A stretch of 13,364 bases of DNA from an uncultured Spirochaetota bacterium (GCA_963745235.1 CAVUXE010000079.1:1-13364); one strand, 5' to 3'; positions 1-8,372 are shown, counted from the stretch's first letter. The notes: a model not told the origin generated them from the letters alone. Numbers and translations are program-made.

Positions 1-15
1 GTTACCTACACAACA

Positions 16-417
16 CTAAGCTGGCAGTACTTGGAATCCTTGTTCAGCAAAGTGCACATCGAAGCAGAAGGCCTGGTCCAGACCAAGGCGCCGCATGGCT
101 TCAAAGCTGGTGCAATCAACCAGGCTGAGGTTTCGGCGCGACGACACGAGCAGGGCGTGCCAGGCTGAGCGATGCATCCCTTCATCGATCCAGACGACGT
201 CGATGACAGGGAGGACATCTGCCGTCAGCGTTCGAAGCCCATCGAAGCCGATGCGATTTTGCAGGAGCGCAGCGGTTTCCACCAGCACGTAGTTCGTCGT
301 GTGCAGAGTGTCGCCGCCTGCCAGCAGGCGCTCCCATTCAGCCCGGGCATCCCCGTGTCGGTCGTCATCCGCATCAAGAACAGCGTAGAACGCGGAAGTA
401 TCGATGAACGCGCTCAC
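16..417 (-). CDS. vapC: PIN-domain ribonuclease toxin, VapC family
   Basis: N-terminal FIDTSAFYA, TTNYVLVET, SLVDCTSF and FCFDVHF motifs supply the acidic PIN residues. The GTG start overlaps the antitoxin stop (GTGA at 414-417). Confidence 0.92.
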   Translation of the reverse strand: MSAFIDTSAFYAVLDADDDRHGDARAEWERLLAGGDTLHTTNYVLVETAALLQNRIGFDGLRTLTADVLPVIDVVWIDEGMHRSAWHALLVSSRRNLSLVDCTSFEAMRRLGLDQAFCFDVHFAEQGFQVLPA

Positions 418-662
418 CCCGAAAAGTCCTTGTCGAGGTACCTGTCATGACTGGTCGCTACGTCGTGCAGTCCGGAGCGATGTCGTCCCGCGGCAAGTTT
501 TGCCCTGTGTCGAAGCTCGGATGACGATTTCCCACTGCCCTGGCCAAGCAGGATCTCAACCCCTTCTCTGACAAGCTCCGCCATGGACACCCCACGCCTT
601 GCCGCAGCCTCTTTCAGTCTCCTTGCCTGCTCTTCGGTCAGCTGTATCTGAGTTCTCACCAT
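414..662 (-). CDS. vapB: Ribbon-helix-helix (CopG-like) antitoxin, 82 aa
   Basis: MVRTQIQLTEEQARRLKEAAARRGVSMAELVREGV is an RHH pattern; the C-terminus is SGLHDVATSHDRYL. Start reassigned to ATG at 662; the 947 start in the ORF track runs into the upstream gene. Confidence 0.88.
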   Translation of the reverse strand: MVRTQIQLTEEQARRLKEAAARRGVSMAELVREGVEILLGQGSGKSSSELRHRAKLAAGRHRSGLHDVATSHDRYLDKDFSG

Positions 663-709
663 GATTACATTCCTGCCATCATGATAACAGTGTGACCAAG
701 TTGCGTCAA
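660..709 (-). promoter_or_regulatory. sigma70 promoter of vapBC with probable autoregulatory operator
   Basis: Minus strand TTGACG (709-704), 17 bp, TATCAT (686-681) with an extended TG. CATGAT occurs at 660-665 and 680-685, and ATCATGAT (678-685) is palindromic. Confidence 0.75.
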
Positions 710-736
710 CACGAGCGAGGGGGCTCGCACAAGGCT

Positions 737-1624
737 TCAGACCGCGCTGCTGCCCGCCTGCTGCAGCCCTTCTATGTCGAGCTTGGTCATCTTCATCATC
801 GCCCGCATGACTCTCTGCGACTTCGCAGGATCCTTGTCTCCCAGCAGCTCGCCGAGCACCGTGGGGACGATCTGCCACGACACTCCGTACCTGTCTTCCA
901 GCCAGCCGCACTGCCCTTTCGATCCGCCCGCAGAAAGTCTTTCCCACAGGCCATCAACTTCTTCCTGCGTCTTGCAGTCGACGAAGAGGGAGAACGCCGG
1001 CGTGAAAGTGAAAGCATGCTCCCCATTGCTGTCCATTGCCATGAACTCCTGGCCGGCCAGCGAGAACCTGGCGTGCTTCACGGTCCCCTCGGCCCCCTGC
1101 TCGCCAGCGCCGTAGCGCTCGATGCGGCCGACGCCCGAGTCTTTGAAAAGGGAGCCCCAGTACTTCAGCGCTTCCTCGGTCTTGCCCTGGTGCTTTCCAA
1201 CAAACATGAAGAATGGCGTGACAGCAGTCTTACCGCCGGAGAAAAGATTCAACTGCCACGAGAGGCCGAACCTGTCCGAGAGCCATCCGAACTTCTCGCT
1301 GAATGGATACTTCTGCAGCCCCATGAGCACGTTCCCGCCCTCTGAGAGCTTCTTCCAAAGCGTGTCCATCTCTTTCTCCGTCCCGCAGGTGACGAACAGC
1401 GAAGCGGCGGGCGTGAAGGTGTAGATCGGGCCGGCGTTGAGCGCCATGAAGCTCCGCCCTTCCAGCCGGAACGTCAGGGTCATGACCTGGCCCTTGGGCC
1501 CGGGGCCCGCATCTCCGTATCTGCGGACGCCCTCTATTTTTGCATTGTCGAAAAGCGACGTGTAGAGCTTCGCGGCCTCTTCTGCCTGACTGTCGAACCA
1601 CAAGAACGGGGTGATCTTCTGCAT
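737..1624 (-). CDS. VOC-superfamily PhnB / 3-demethylubiquinone-9 3-methyltransferase-like protein, two tandem domains, 295 aa
   Basis: MQKITPFLWFD...AEEAA..Y...F start; GWL.DR(F/Y)G.SWQ and FTPA.SLFV.C each occur twice; AGGAGG precedes the ATG at 1624. Confidence 0.9.
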   Translation of the reverse strand: MQKITPFLWFDSQAEEAAKLYTSLFDNAKIEGVRRYGDAGPGPKGQVMTLTFRLEGRSFMALNAGPIYTFTPAASLFVTCGTEKEMDTLWKKLSEGGNVLMGLQKYPFSEKFGWLSDRFGLSWQLNLFSGGKTAVTPFFMFVGKHQGKTEEALKYWGSLFKDSGVGRIERYGAGEQGAEGTVKHARFSLAGQEFMAMDSNGEHAFTFTPAFSLFVDCKTQEEVDGLWERLSAGGSKGQCGWLEDRYGVSWQIVPTVLGELLGDKDPAKSQRVMRAMMKMTKLDIEGLQQAGSSAV

Positions 1625-1632
1625 ACCGCCTC

Positions 1633-2016
1633 CTACCTGTCCTGCAGCACGGAAAGAATGTTTCCGGCCGGATCCTTGAACCACGCAATGAGCGGCCCCA
1701 CCTCCCCGCGATGGATGCCTTTTTCATCCGTCTTGATGCCGTCATATCTTTCGAACTGAATGCCGCGCGCGTGAAGCTCGTCCACCGCCTTTTCGATGTC
1801 ATCAACCGGGAAATTGAGAACCGTATAGGTGGCCGGCGAATGGGCCGGCCCTTTCGGGTAGACCAGCACTCGTCCGCCTGTTGCCAACTGAAGGGTAAAG
1901 ACGCCCATCTTTGTGTCTTCGACCACGTCCAGGCCAAGGGTCTTCCCGTAGAACTCCTTCGCCTTTGCAAGGTCATCAACGGAGAACCCGGTGAAAGCTT
2001 TCGCGTTCTTGAGCAT
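1633..2016 (-). CDS. VOC family glyoxalase/bleomycin-resistance protein, 127 aa
   Basis: [35 protein letters not shown] and [12 protein letters not shown] motifs; AGGAGG at 2028-2023. Confidence 0.92.
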   Translation of the reverse strand: MLKNAKAFTGFSVDDLAKAKEFYGKTLGLDVVEDTKMGVFTLQLATGGRVLVYPKGPAHSPATYTVLNFPVDDIEKAVDELHARGIQFERYDGIKTDEKGIHRGEVGPLIAWFKDPAGNILSVLQDR

Positions 2017-2018
2017 GA

Positions 2019-2858
2019 TCAACCTCCTGCCGTGCGTCCTTGCGGACGGCCCATGATCAGCTGGCTTACGGAAAAGACAGCTCCCTGCGGATCCTGAAGC
2101 ACAGCGTTTCGAAACATCGGGACGTCGCGCGGCGGAACGATCGCCTTGCCGCCCATCGTGACTGCCTTTGCCGCCGCGGCATCTGCATCATCGATCCAGA
2201 AATCAACGTTCCAGCGTGACGGGGCGCCGTCCCTTCCCGGCATCATCAGCGCAACAATGTCGCGAGGCCCGGGTTGCTGAGGCTCGCCGCCAACGTAGCC
2301 GGGGAGCCGCCAGAACGTGAGGCCGCCTTCCTTTGCGCCGAGGGTGTCGGGCTGCCAGCCGAAAACCGCGCCGTAGAAGGCCTCGCATGCCTGCGGGTCG
2401 CTGGTGACGAGTGAGCTCATGGCCCACGCTCGCGGCTCGTTTACCAATTGTGCACCCTGCCTGTCCCTCGCTTCCCACGCGCAGAAGACAGCCCCTGTCG
2501 GATCGCTCAGCACCGCCATGCGGCCTGCCGGAGGAGCATCAAACGGCGGGACAATGACCGTGCCGCCGGCGCTCCTCACGGAGGCGGCGGTCCTGTCCGC
2601 ACTTGCAACAGCCACGTGGGTGGTCCATACCGGAGCAGGCGGCGCTCCCACGCGCGGCATTGAGCTGATTCCAGCCACGTCCCGGCCCCCGAGCCTGGCC
2701 ACGTAGTAGGCGCCGTGCGGGTCGCCCGCCATCTGTCCCGGGCCGCTGAACTGCCATCCGAAAAGAGCTCCGTAGAATCGGAGCGCCGAATCAGGATCAC
2801 GCTGGGCAGTGTCCACCCAGCACGGCACCCCCGCAGGATACCGTTCTCGTTCACTCAT
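2019..2858 (-). CDS. Two-domain VOC family glyoxalase (CFP32/TB27.3-like), 279 aa
   Basis: [15 protein letters not shown] / [22 protein letters not shown] and [11 protein letters not shown] show a duplicated VOC fold. Confidence 0.88.
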   Translation of the reverse strand: MSERERYPAGVPCWVDTAQRDPDSALRFYGALFGWQFSGPGQMAGDPHGAYYVARLGGRDVAGISSMPRVGAPPAPVWTTHVAVASADRTAASVRSAGGTVIVPPFDAPPAGRMAVLSDPTGAVFCAWEARDRQGAQLVNEPRAWAMSSLVTSDPQACEAFYGAVFGWQPDTLGAKEGGLTFWRLPGYVGGEPQQPGPRDIVALMMPGRDGAPSRWNVDFWIDDADAAAAKAVTMGGKAIVPPRDVPMFRNAVLQDPQGAVFSVSQLIMGRPQGRTAGG

Positions 2859-2955
2859 GGTTCTCAATATACAGACGCAAGGTTCCTGGGGGAGGGTATA
2901 AATACGACAATCTCACGGGTTGAAAGCGACATGCCTTCATCCGTATTTTCAGTGT
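2859..2955. promoter_or_regulatory. Divergent promoter region with tandem TGTCG direct repeats (candidate GlxA-family binding site)
   Basis: Minus strand: TGTCGC (2931-2926) and TGTCGT (2909-2904) 22 bp apart, and TATATT (2871-2866) 7 nt before ATG 2858. Plus strand: TTGAAA (2920-2925), 18 bp, TATTTT (2944-2949), 6 nt, ATG 2956. Confidence 0.6.
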
Positions 2956-3939
2956 ATGAGGCACGTATCCATTCTTGTCCCCCGGGGAGCCGCGACTCTT
3001 GGCTGCATCGAAGGATCGTTCGCCCTTTTCACAAAGACCAACGACTTTCTGGCGGCTCGCGGCAAGCCGCCTCTGTTCAACGTGCAGCTTGTGGGCATCA
3101 CCGGGGAGGCGCAGGTCTACGACAGGCTCTTTTCTGTCCGCCCCGATGTGACCATCGAGAACATCCTGAAGACGGACCTCATCATCATTCCCGCGGTGAA
3201 CGGAGACCAGGATGAAGTTCTCTCCATGAACAAGGCTTTTCTCCCCTGGATCGTGCGGCAGTACAAGGGCGGCGCGGAGGTCGCAAGCCTCTGCGTCGGC
3301 GCCTTCCTGCTCGCCGCAACGGGGCTGATGAAAGGCCGCCAGTGCGCCACGCATTGGCTGTCCGCCAACGACTTCCGAAAACGGTTCCCCGACGTCACCC
3401 TCGTCTCCGAGTCCATCATCACGGATGAGGCCGGGATGTACACGAGCGGTGGAGCGCACTCTTTCTGGAACCTGCTCCTCTACCTGGTGGAAAAGTACAC
3501 CGACCGCGAGATTGCCATCTACGCTTCCAAGTTCTACGAGATAGAAATGCATCGGGACACCCAGTCACCCTTCCTGATCTTCAAGGGCCAGAAGGACCAC
3601 GGGGACGACACCGTGAAGAAGGCGCAGGAGCTCATTGAAGCAAGCTACCAGGAACGAATCACCGTTGACCGGCTCTGCCGCACGCTTGCGGTGGGCAGGA
3701 GAAGCCTGGAGCGGAGGTTCAAGCACGCAACGGGCAACACAGTTTCGGATTACATCCAGCGCGTCAGGGTGGAGGCGGCCAAGAGAAGCCTGGAGACAGG
3801 CAGGAAGAACGTCAACGATGTGATGTACGAGGCGGGCTACTCCGACACCAAGGCGTTTCGGGAGGTTTTTCGAAGGATCGCCGGCATGTCGCCCGTGGAC
3901 TATCGGACCAGGTACAACAGGGAAGCCATCACGGCCTGA
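2956..3939 (+). CDS. GlxA-family transcriptional regulator (DJ-1/PfpI GATase1 domain + AraC HTH), 327 aa
   Basis: ASLCVGAFLLAATGLM..R.CATHW and YTSGGA in the N-domain; RSLERRFK.ATG, YIQRVRVEAAKRSLE and GYSD.KAFREVF in the AraC domain. Confidence 0.93.
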   Translation: MRHVSILVPRGAATLGCIEGSFALFTKTNDFLAARGKPPLFNVQLVGITGEAQVYDRLFSVRPDVTIENILKTDLIIIPAVNGDQDEVLSMNKAFLPWIVRQYKGGAEVASLCVGAFLLAATGLMKGRQCATHWLSANDFRKRFPDVTLVSESIITDEAGMYTSGGAHSFWNLLLYLVEKYTDREIAIYASKFYEIEMHRDTQSPFLIFKGQKDHGDDTVKKAQELIEASYQERITVDRLCRTLAVGRRSLERRFKHATGNTVSDYIQRVRVEAAKRSLETGRKNVNDVMYEAGYSDTKAFREVFRRIAGMSPVDYRTRYNREAITA

Positions 3940-3972
3940 CCATCACTGTTCGGGTGGCAGCTCAAAGCGGGC

Positions 3973-4260
3973 TCATAGTGGCCTGTCGCTCCAGCGCGCG
4001 AACCTCTGCGCGCCGCGCGCGTGAGCCTTGGCCGCCTCCGCCGCCCTGTTCCGCGGCGGCGCGCTGGTGGTGAGTCCGCTGAGCAGGTTGCCGGTGGCAG
4101 AGGCAATCTCATCGACCGCCGCCAGGAACAATGATTCGTTGGCCTTTGACGGATGGTTGAAGCCGCTCACCTTCCGCACGAACTGGAGAGATGCCTGGCG
4201 GATCTCATCCTCGGTGACCGGCGGATCGAAATTGAAAAGCGTCTTGATGTTTCGACACAT
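3973..4260 (-). CDS. DUF2277 family protein, 95 aa
   Basis: Characteristic MCRNIKTLFNFDPPVT..EI..ASLQFVRKVSGF..PS.AN N-terminus. Confidence 0.85.
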   Translation of the reverse strand: MCRNIKTLFNFDPPVTEDEIRQASLQFVRKVSGFNHPSKANESLFLAAVDEIASATGNLLSGLTTSAPPRNRAAEAAKAHARGAQRFARWSDRPL

Positions 4261-4308
4261 ACCCCTTGCCTCTCCAACAATATCCATTCATATTCCAGCC
4301 GAGGTCAA

Positions 4309-4656
4309 ATGGAGTTCAAACGGCTTTTCACCCGCCAGGAAGCTGAGAGCACACTCCCCCTTGTCCGCCAGATAGTGGCCGATATCCTGGAAACCGGACG
4401 CAGGATCCAGGCTGCGGAAGAGAACGATGACGAGGTGCGGGCACTGCAGGAGGCGCTGGAGGAGCACCTTGGCGAGCTGGCTGCCATGGGGTGCTATTTC
4501 AAGGACTGGAACTTCTCAGTGGGGCTTGTGGACTTCCCGGCGGTGATCAACGGGGAGACGGTCTTTCTCTGCTGGCGCAGTGATGAGAATGAGCTCGGCT
4601 GGTATCACGGCATCGAGGAAGGCTACCAGGGGCGGAAGCCGCTGTCGGGAGGGTAG
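4309..4656 (+). CDS. DUF2203 family protein, 115 aa
   Basis: LFT..EA...LPLV, KD...GLVDFPA..NG..VFLCWR..E....WYH....GY.GRKPL; GAGGT Shine-Dalgarno. Confidence 0.87.
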   Translation: MEFKRLFTRQEAESTLPLVRQIVADILETGRRIQAAEENDDEVRALQEALEEHLGELAAMGCYFKDWNFSVGLVDFPAVINGETVFLCWRSDENELGWYHGIEEGYQGRKPLSGG

Positions 4657-4694
4657 GCTTCCCGGCATGGCCCCCGCCTCATCCATTCAGAGAG

Positions 4695-5189
4695 CTACGC
4701 CGCCTTCAGCAGGAGCTTGTCCAGCGCCGCGTAGCTCTGGTTGAGCCCGCTCTCCATGCCGGCCTGGATCATGCTGTCCCGGTCCTCCCTGGTGTGGAAG
4801 AGCGACACGGTGACTACGCGTGTTCGGCCATCCCCGAGGTCCTCGAAGGTGACCGCTTCCACCACCACGTGCCCCGGGGCACCGTCCCACTCGAAGGTCC
4901 GCTCCAGGCGCTCCGGCGGGGTGACCTCGCGGAATCGTCCTTCGAACCCCTGGGGGACGCCCTCCTTCGTATGCTCAACGAACCGCCAGTGTCCGCCCTT
5001 GCGGACCTCCAGGCGCTCGATGACGAGCTTGTTGCCCCGGCCCCACCACTGCGCCACGAGCTTTGGGTCCGTGAATGCCCGCCAGACGCGCTCGCGGGGT
5101 GCGTTGAAGACACGCTCGATATGGATCTCGCGATCCATCGAGGTGGTAAACTTGGCTGCGCCCGCAGGCTCCTTCATCTGTGTGCTCAT
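4695..5189 (-). CDS. SRPBCC/AHSA1 (START-like) ligand-binding protein, 164 aa
   Basis: IERVFNAPRERVWRAFTDP, QWWG, GG.WRF, F.EVTPPERL..TFEW and GMESGLNQSY motifs; ATGA overlap with the arsR stop. Confidence 0.92.
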   Translation of the reverse strand: MSTQMKEPAGAAKFTTSMDREIHIERVFNAPRERVWRAFTDPKLVAQWWGRGNKLVIERLEVRKGGHWRFVEHTKEGVPQGFEGRFREVTPPERLERTFEWDGAPGHVVVEAVTFEDLGDGRTRVVTVSLFHTREDRDSMIQAGMESGLNQSYAALDKLLLKAA

Positions 5190-5524
5190 GATTGAGCTCC
5201 TTCCGTTCGATCGAGAAATTCTCCCAGCCTGTCCAGCCGGGCTTCCACCATCTGCCTGTACTTTTCGATCCACGTTATCTCTTTCTCCAACCGGCTGGGC
5301 CCCAGCCTGCAGTGCCGTACCCTGCCGAGCTTTTCCGTGGTGACCAGTCCTGCCTCCTCAAGGACATGCATGTGCTTCTTGATGCCGGTGAGGGTCATGT
5401 TGAAGCCCGCCGCGAGGTCGCTGATGGAAGCTTTCCCGCGTCCCAGGCGCTGCAGGATCCCGCGCCTGGTCGGATCAGAAAGGGCCGAGAAGGCCGCGTC
5501 AAGCTCCTCTATACGCTGAACCAT
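5186..5524 (-). CDS. ArsR/SmtB-family winged-HTH repressor, 112 aa
   Basis: FSALSDPTRRGILQRL, KKHMHVLEEAGLV..EKLGRVR; typical ArsR-SRPBCC pair. Confidence 0.92.
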   Translation of the reverse strand: MVQRIEELDAAFSALSDPTRRGILQRLGRGKASISDLAAGFNMTLTGIKKHMHVLEEAGLVTTEKLGRVRHCRLGPSRLEKEITWIEKYRQMVEARLDRLGEFLDRTEGAQS

Positions 5525-5561
5525 ATGGTTCAGTATACTGGTGTTGTGGCCAGGTCGTCAA
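5516..5561 (-). promoter_or_regulatory. Leaderless promoter plus perfect 18-bp palindromic operator over the arsR start codon
   Basis: TTGACG (5561-5556), 18 bp, TATACT (5537-5532), 7 nt, ATG. CTGAACCATATGGTTCAG (5516-5533) is a perfect palindrome. Confidence 0.85.
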
Positions 5562-5567
5562 GCCGGA

Positions 5568-5593
5568 TGTCGATTCCCGGTTTCCGGGACGAC
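5568..5593 (+). promoter_or_regulatory. ECF42-like sigma factor promoter
   Basis: TGTCGA (5568-5573), 16 bp, CGAC (5590-5593) upstream of GGGAGGT and ATG 5620. Matches the recalled ECF42 consensus TGTCGA / CG(A/T)C. Confidence 0.5.
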
Positions 5594-5619
5594 AAGGTGA
5601 CGTGAACGGGAGGTACCAT

Positions 5620-6272
5620 ATGCAGGGTAATTCGAGTGATACCGGGTTGACCAGGGCGCTTCTGCTGTGCGGCGTCTTCACCGGCCCGCTGTTCTTCATC
5701 GTTGCCATTGTCCAGATGATCACGCGGCCGGGGTACAACATTCGCATCAACGCCATCAGCCAGCTCAGCCTGGGGGACCTGGGATGGATCCAGATCACGA
5801 GCTTCCTTCTCACGGGATTGCTCGCCGTTGCGTGCGCCCTTGGAGCCCGCCGCATGCTGAAGGGGCAGAAAGGCGGCGGCTGGGGGGCGCTGCTGATCGG
5901 GACATTCGGGCTGGGCCTCATCGTGGCCGGCGTCTTCCCCCCTGATCCGGCATTCGGCTTTCCGCCCGGCGCTCCGCCGGCCCCACCATGCCCATGAGCG
6001 GCCACGCATCGCTGCACGCCCTGGGCTTTTTCATCTCCATGATTTCCCTGATCGTGAACTGCTTCGTGTTTGTTCGGCGGTTCGGCTCGGTGAACCAGCG
6101 GGGATGGCTCATCTATTCCGTGGTCTCCGGAGTTGCCACCGTGCTTTTCATAGCGCTCAGCATCCTCGTCATGAGCTGGGCCGGCCTGATTGTCGCCCTG
6201 GCCGGAGCAGCAGCCTTTGGGTGGGTCACCGCAACCGCGGCGCGGCTTCGTTCGGAGCTTTCTCCCGCCTAG
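5620..6272 (+). pseudogene. DUF998-like membrane protein, split by a frameshift near 5980 (one base missing)
   Basis: R.GY......ISQLSLG..GWIQ...F...G and GVFPPDPAFGFPPG in the first frame; the hydrophobic continuation MSGHASLH... is in the next frame. Span is 653 nt (3n+2). May be a sequencing indel. Confidence 0.75.
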
Positions 6273-6400
6273 GCGAAACGCCCGGAGGCGCGCGGCGCCA
6301 GCGCGGGGCCGAGGCGTCAGCACCGCCGCGCGGCCACCAGCGCCAGCGCCGCTCAGGAGCCCATCGGATCATTATATTCGAAGACAGGGGAGGCTTGCCG

Positions 6401-6874
6401 ATGGCTGACGAAGGCTTTTTTGTCGACTACCGGGTGGATTGGAACGACCTTGACCCGAACTTCCACCTCAGGGCAGCGGTGCTGATTGACTACGCGGTGA
6501 ATACCCAGTTTGCATGGCTCGAGCATCTTGGCTTCAAGCAGGCGATGTTCGCCGAACAGGGATATGAGCCCATCGTGCTGAGGGTGGAAGCACGATACCA
6601 CCATGAGGCTGGCTACAACGAGGTGGTGCGGGACACCCCGGTGGTGGCGGCGTCATCGCCCGACTGCTCTCGCTGGAAAATAAGACACAGCTATGTCAAG
6701 AACGACGGAGAAAAGGTGGGATGGATCGTGCTCGAAGGGACCTGGCTCAACTGGAAAACGCGGCAAGCGGTGGCGCCTTCGGAGGAAATCGCCGAGGCCC
6801 TCAATAAGCTGCCAAGAACCAGTGATTTCGAAGAGCTCAAGTCATTCGTGAAAGGCAGAAGCGCTGCTCAGTGA
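6401..6874 (+). CDS. Acyl-CoA thioesterase, 4HBT/hotdog fold, 157 aa
   Basis: VDWNDLDPNFHL motif, PIVLRVEARY..E, WLNWKTR...AP; GGAGG before ATG 6401. Confidence 0.85.
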   Translation: MADEGFFVDYRVDWNDLDPNFHLRAAVLIDYAVNTQFAWLEHLGFKQAMFAEQGYEPIVLRVEARYHHEAGYNEVVRDTPVVAASSPDCSRWKIRHSYVKNDGEKVGWIVLEGTWLNWKTRQAVAPSEEIAEALNKLPRTSDFEELKSFVKGRSAAQ

Positions 6875-6889
6875 CGACGAGCGGTCGTG

Positions 6890-6918
6890 CACGCCGCAAC
6901 CGCAGCGGCAGCGGCGTG
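6890..6918. terminator. GC-rich hairpin between convergent genes (possible bidirectional terminator)
   Basis: CACGCCGC (6890-6897) pairs with GCGGCGTG (6911-6918); no U-tract. Confidence 0.35.
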
Positions 6919-6940
6919 ACAACCGTGGCAGACCGGGAGC

Positions 6941-7345
6941 CTACTGCCAGACAGAGAGAATGACGCCCATGACCAGCAGCGAGATGAGCCAGTACGCGTT
7001 GTCCAGGATCCACAGCGCAAAAGGCTTCTTCTGGTATGTCACAACGCCAATCGTGACCGGGGCAATGAAGCCGAGCCAGTTGAAGAACCCGACCATCAGC
7101 CCGCCGCCAACACCGCCGGTCTTGAAAAACTCTGATGCAAAGAAGATGGCGTGATGCAGCACAAAGGCGGTCAGGAAAGCGCCAATCAGGCCGAGTATGA
7201 TGCTGAGAGCGCTGACCTTCATTTCCCCCGTGCCGGAAAGCTTCTGCCACGCATTCCGGAAGAGAGCGCCATACCAGATCGCGCCTATGGCGTAGTTGAC
7301 GAGGGCCGCAACGATGACCGCGAGAAAGTTTGTAGGAACGCTCAT
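6941..7345 (-). CDS. DUF1761 family membrane protein, 134 aa
   Basis: NFLAVIVAA.....IGAIWYG.LF..AW, WLGF..P, Y.KKPF.LW.LD..Y; about 4 TM; AGGAGG Shine-Dalgarno. Confidence 0.88.
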   Translation of the reverse strand: MSVPTNFLAVIVAALVNYAIGAIWYGALFRNAWQKLSGTGEMKVSALSIILGLIGAFLTAFVLHHAIFFASEFFKTGGVGGGLMVGFFNWLGFIAPVTIGVVTYQKKPFALWILDNAYWLISLLVMGVILSVWQ

Positions 7346-7454
7346 CCTGGTACCTCCTGTTGAGGAAAGATAGACATAGACAGTCGAGGTACAAAGTCAA
7401 ATTTCGCGCCTTGGGGGGCCTTGGGGGAGCCGGCAGATCAGCGCTCAGGCCTGA

Positions 7455-7718
7455 TCAGCGCCCGTTGCCGCCAGGCGGCGTCCGCGTCTCGTTGAAATAC
7501 TTCTCGCTCCGATACCGCAGCCACACGCGGAGGACTTGGGGAATCTTTTCTTTTTCAGCTTTCGTAAGGGTGTCGTACAGCTGGAGGGCCCGCTCGCGTT
7601 CGGTGCGGCATGCGGAGTTCCTGTGCTCGTCCCAGTAGCTGCGCGCGAGCCGGATCCGTCGACACACTTCCTTGCGCAGCGCCTCCCCTGTCAGGGGGTT
7701 CGATGCGTCTTTTTTCAT
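7455..7718 (-). CDS. Small basic conserved hypothetical protein, 87 aa
   Basis: ATGA overlap with the dinB stop. The RRIR.ARSYWD.H.N.ACR.ER..AL and IPQ.LRVWLRYRSEKYF sequence resembles a family I recall being labelled 'precorrin-3B methylase', but it is too short to be one. Confidence 0.7.
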   Translation of the reverse strand: MKKDASNPLTGEALRKEVCRRIRLARSYWDEHRNSACRTERERALQLYDTLTKAEKEKIPQVLRVWLRYRSEKYFNETRTPPGGNGR

Positions 7719-8246
7719 GAACGGCCGGGCGTGGACAAGCGCAGCAGCTCGGTGATCCGCACCAGATGATGATCATCATGCTCCGCGGTGAAAAAGGCGA
7801 TGTCGATCAGGCGCATCGGCGTACCCAGGCGTGGATGGCGGGCCGCACGTTCAAGCGCCGACCCGTCTGCGCTTTCCAGGATCGAGACGAACCGGGACCG
7901 GAGGGAGCGGAATTTCCTGAGCAGCTCGACCAGCGAAGCCGCGTTGTGGTTCGCTTCATCGGTGCCGCGGTTGGTCAGGTCAGCAACGGCGAGCTCGGTT
8001 TCCCCCGCCACCACCTGTTCAGCCCGTCGGATCCAGAGAGGCTCCAGGTCACCGAGGTGGCCGATGTTCTCCTGGATTGACCAGGTATCGCCGAATGCGG
8101 GCGGTGAGCGTTGCTGGGGAAAGAGAGCGCACGCGTTCCTCCAGCCGCGCCGGGCTCCCGCGGAGCCTCTCCAGAATATTCGGCAAGAGCGCGAGGGGCA
8201 TGTCAAAGCTGAACTTCCGTTCAAACCAGCGCTGCAGCGGGCTCAT
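7715..8246 (-). pseudogene. DinB/YfiT-like (DinB_2) metal-binding four-helix protein, frameshifted near 8094 (one extra base)
   Basis: MSPLQRWFERKFSF...ERLRGSPARLEE frame joins the GDTWSIQENIGHLGDLE...HPRL...AEHDDHH frame. Span is 532 nt (3n+1). Not DNA polymerase IV. Confidence 0.82.
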
Positions 8247-8281
8247 GCCTGGACGATAGTTGGTGAGCGCGTTCGCGTCAA
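8247..8281 (-). promoter_or_regulatory. Leaderless sigma70 promoter of the DinB-family gene
   Basis: TTGACG (8281-8276), 17 bp, TATCGT (8258-8253), 6 nt, ATG 8246; no Shine-Dalgarno. Confidence 0.7.
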
Positions 8282-8320
8282 CCGCGGAGGAGTCTCCGCC
8301 GAGGGCTCGCCCGCCTGGGC

Positions 8321-8349
8321 TTGCGGACCTCTCGGGTCCGCTCTAAGAT
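8321..8349 (+). promoter_or_regulatory. sigma70 promoter of tatAC with an overlapping inverted repeat
   Basis: TTGCGG (8321-8326), 17 bp, TAAGAT (8344-8349); GCGGACC-N5-GGTCCGC at 8323-8341. Confidence 0.6.
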
Positions 8350-8372
8350 TACAGCTGCATCAGGAGGAAAGT

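Noticed and set aside
1-18. Minus-strand TAGTGTTGTGTAGGTAAC directly after the vapC stop resembles an IS end
   Set aside because: Only 15 bp at the window edge; no transposase or partner repeat is visible.
6104-6400. N-terminal extension of the thioesterase (256-aa ORF)
   Set aside because: Overlaps the DUF998-like gene in another frame; the Shine-Dalgarno supports ATG 6401.
7408-7460. GCCTTGGGGG duplicated and GATCAGCGC duplicated
   Set aside because: Short, low-complexity, two copies each; no CRISPR-like spacing or clear terminator.
7788-8372. 318-aa ORF giving TatA a long N-terminal extension
   Set aside because: The extension is antisense to dinB. A promoter and AGGAGG support ATG 8373.
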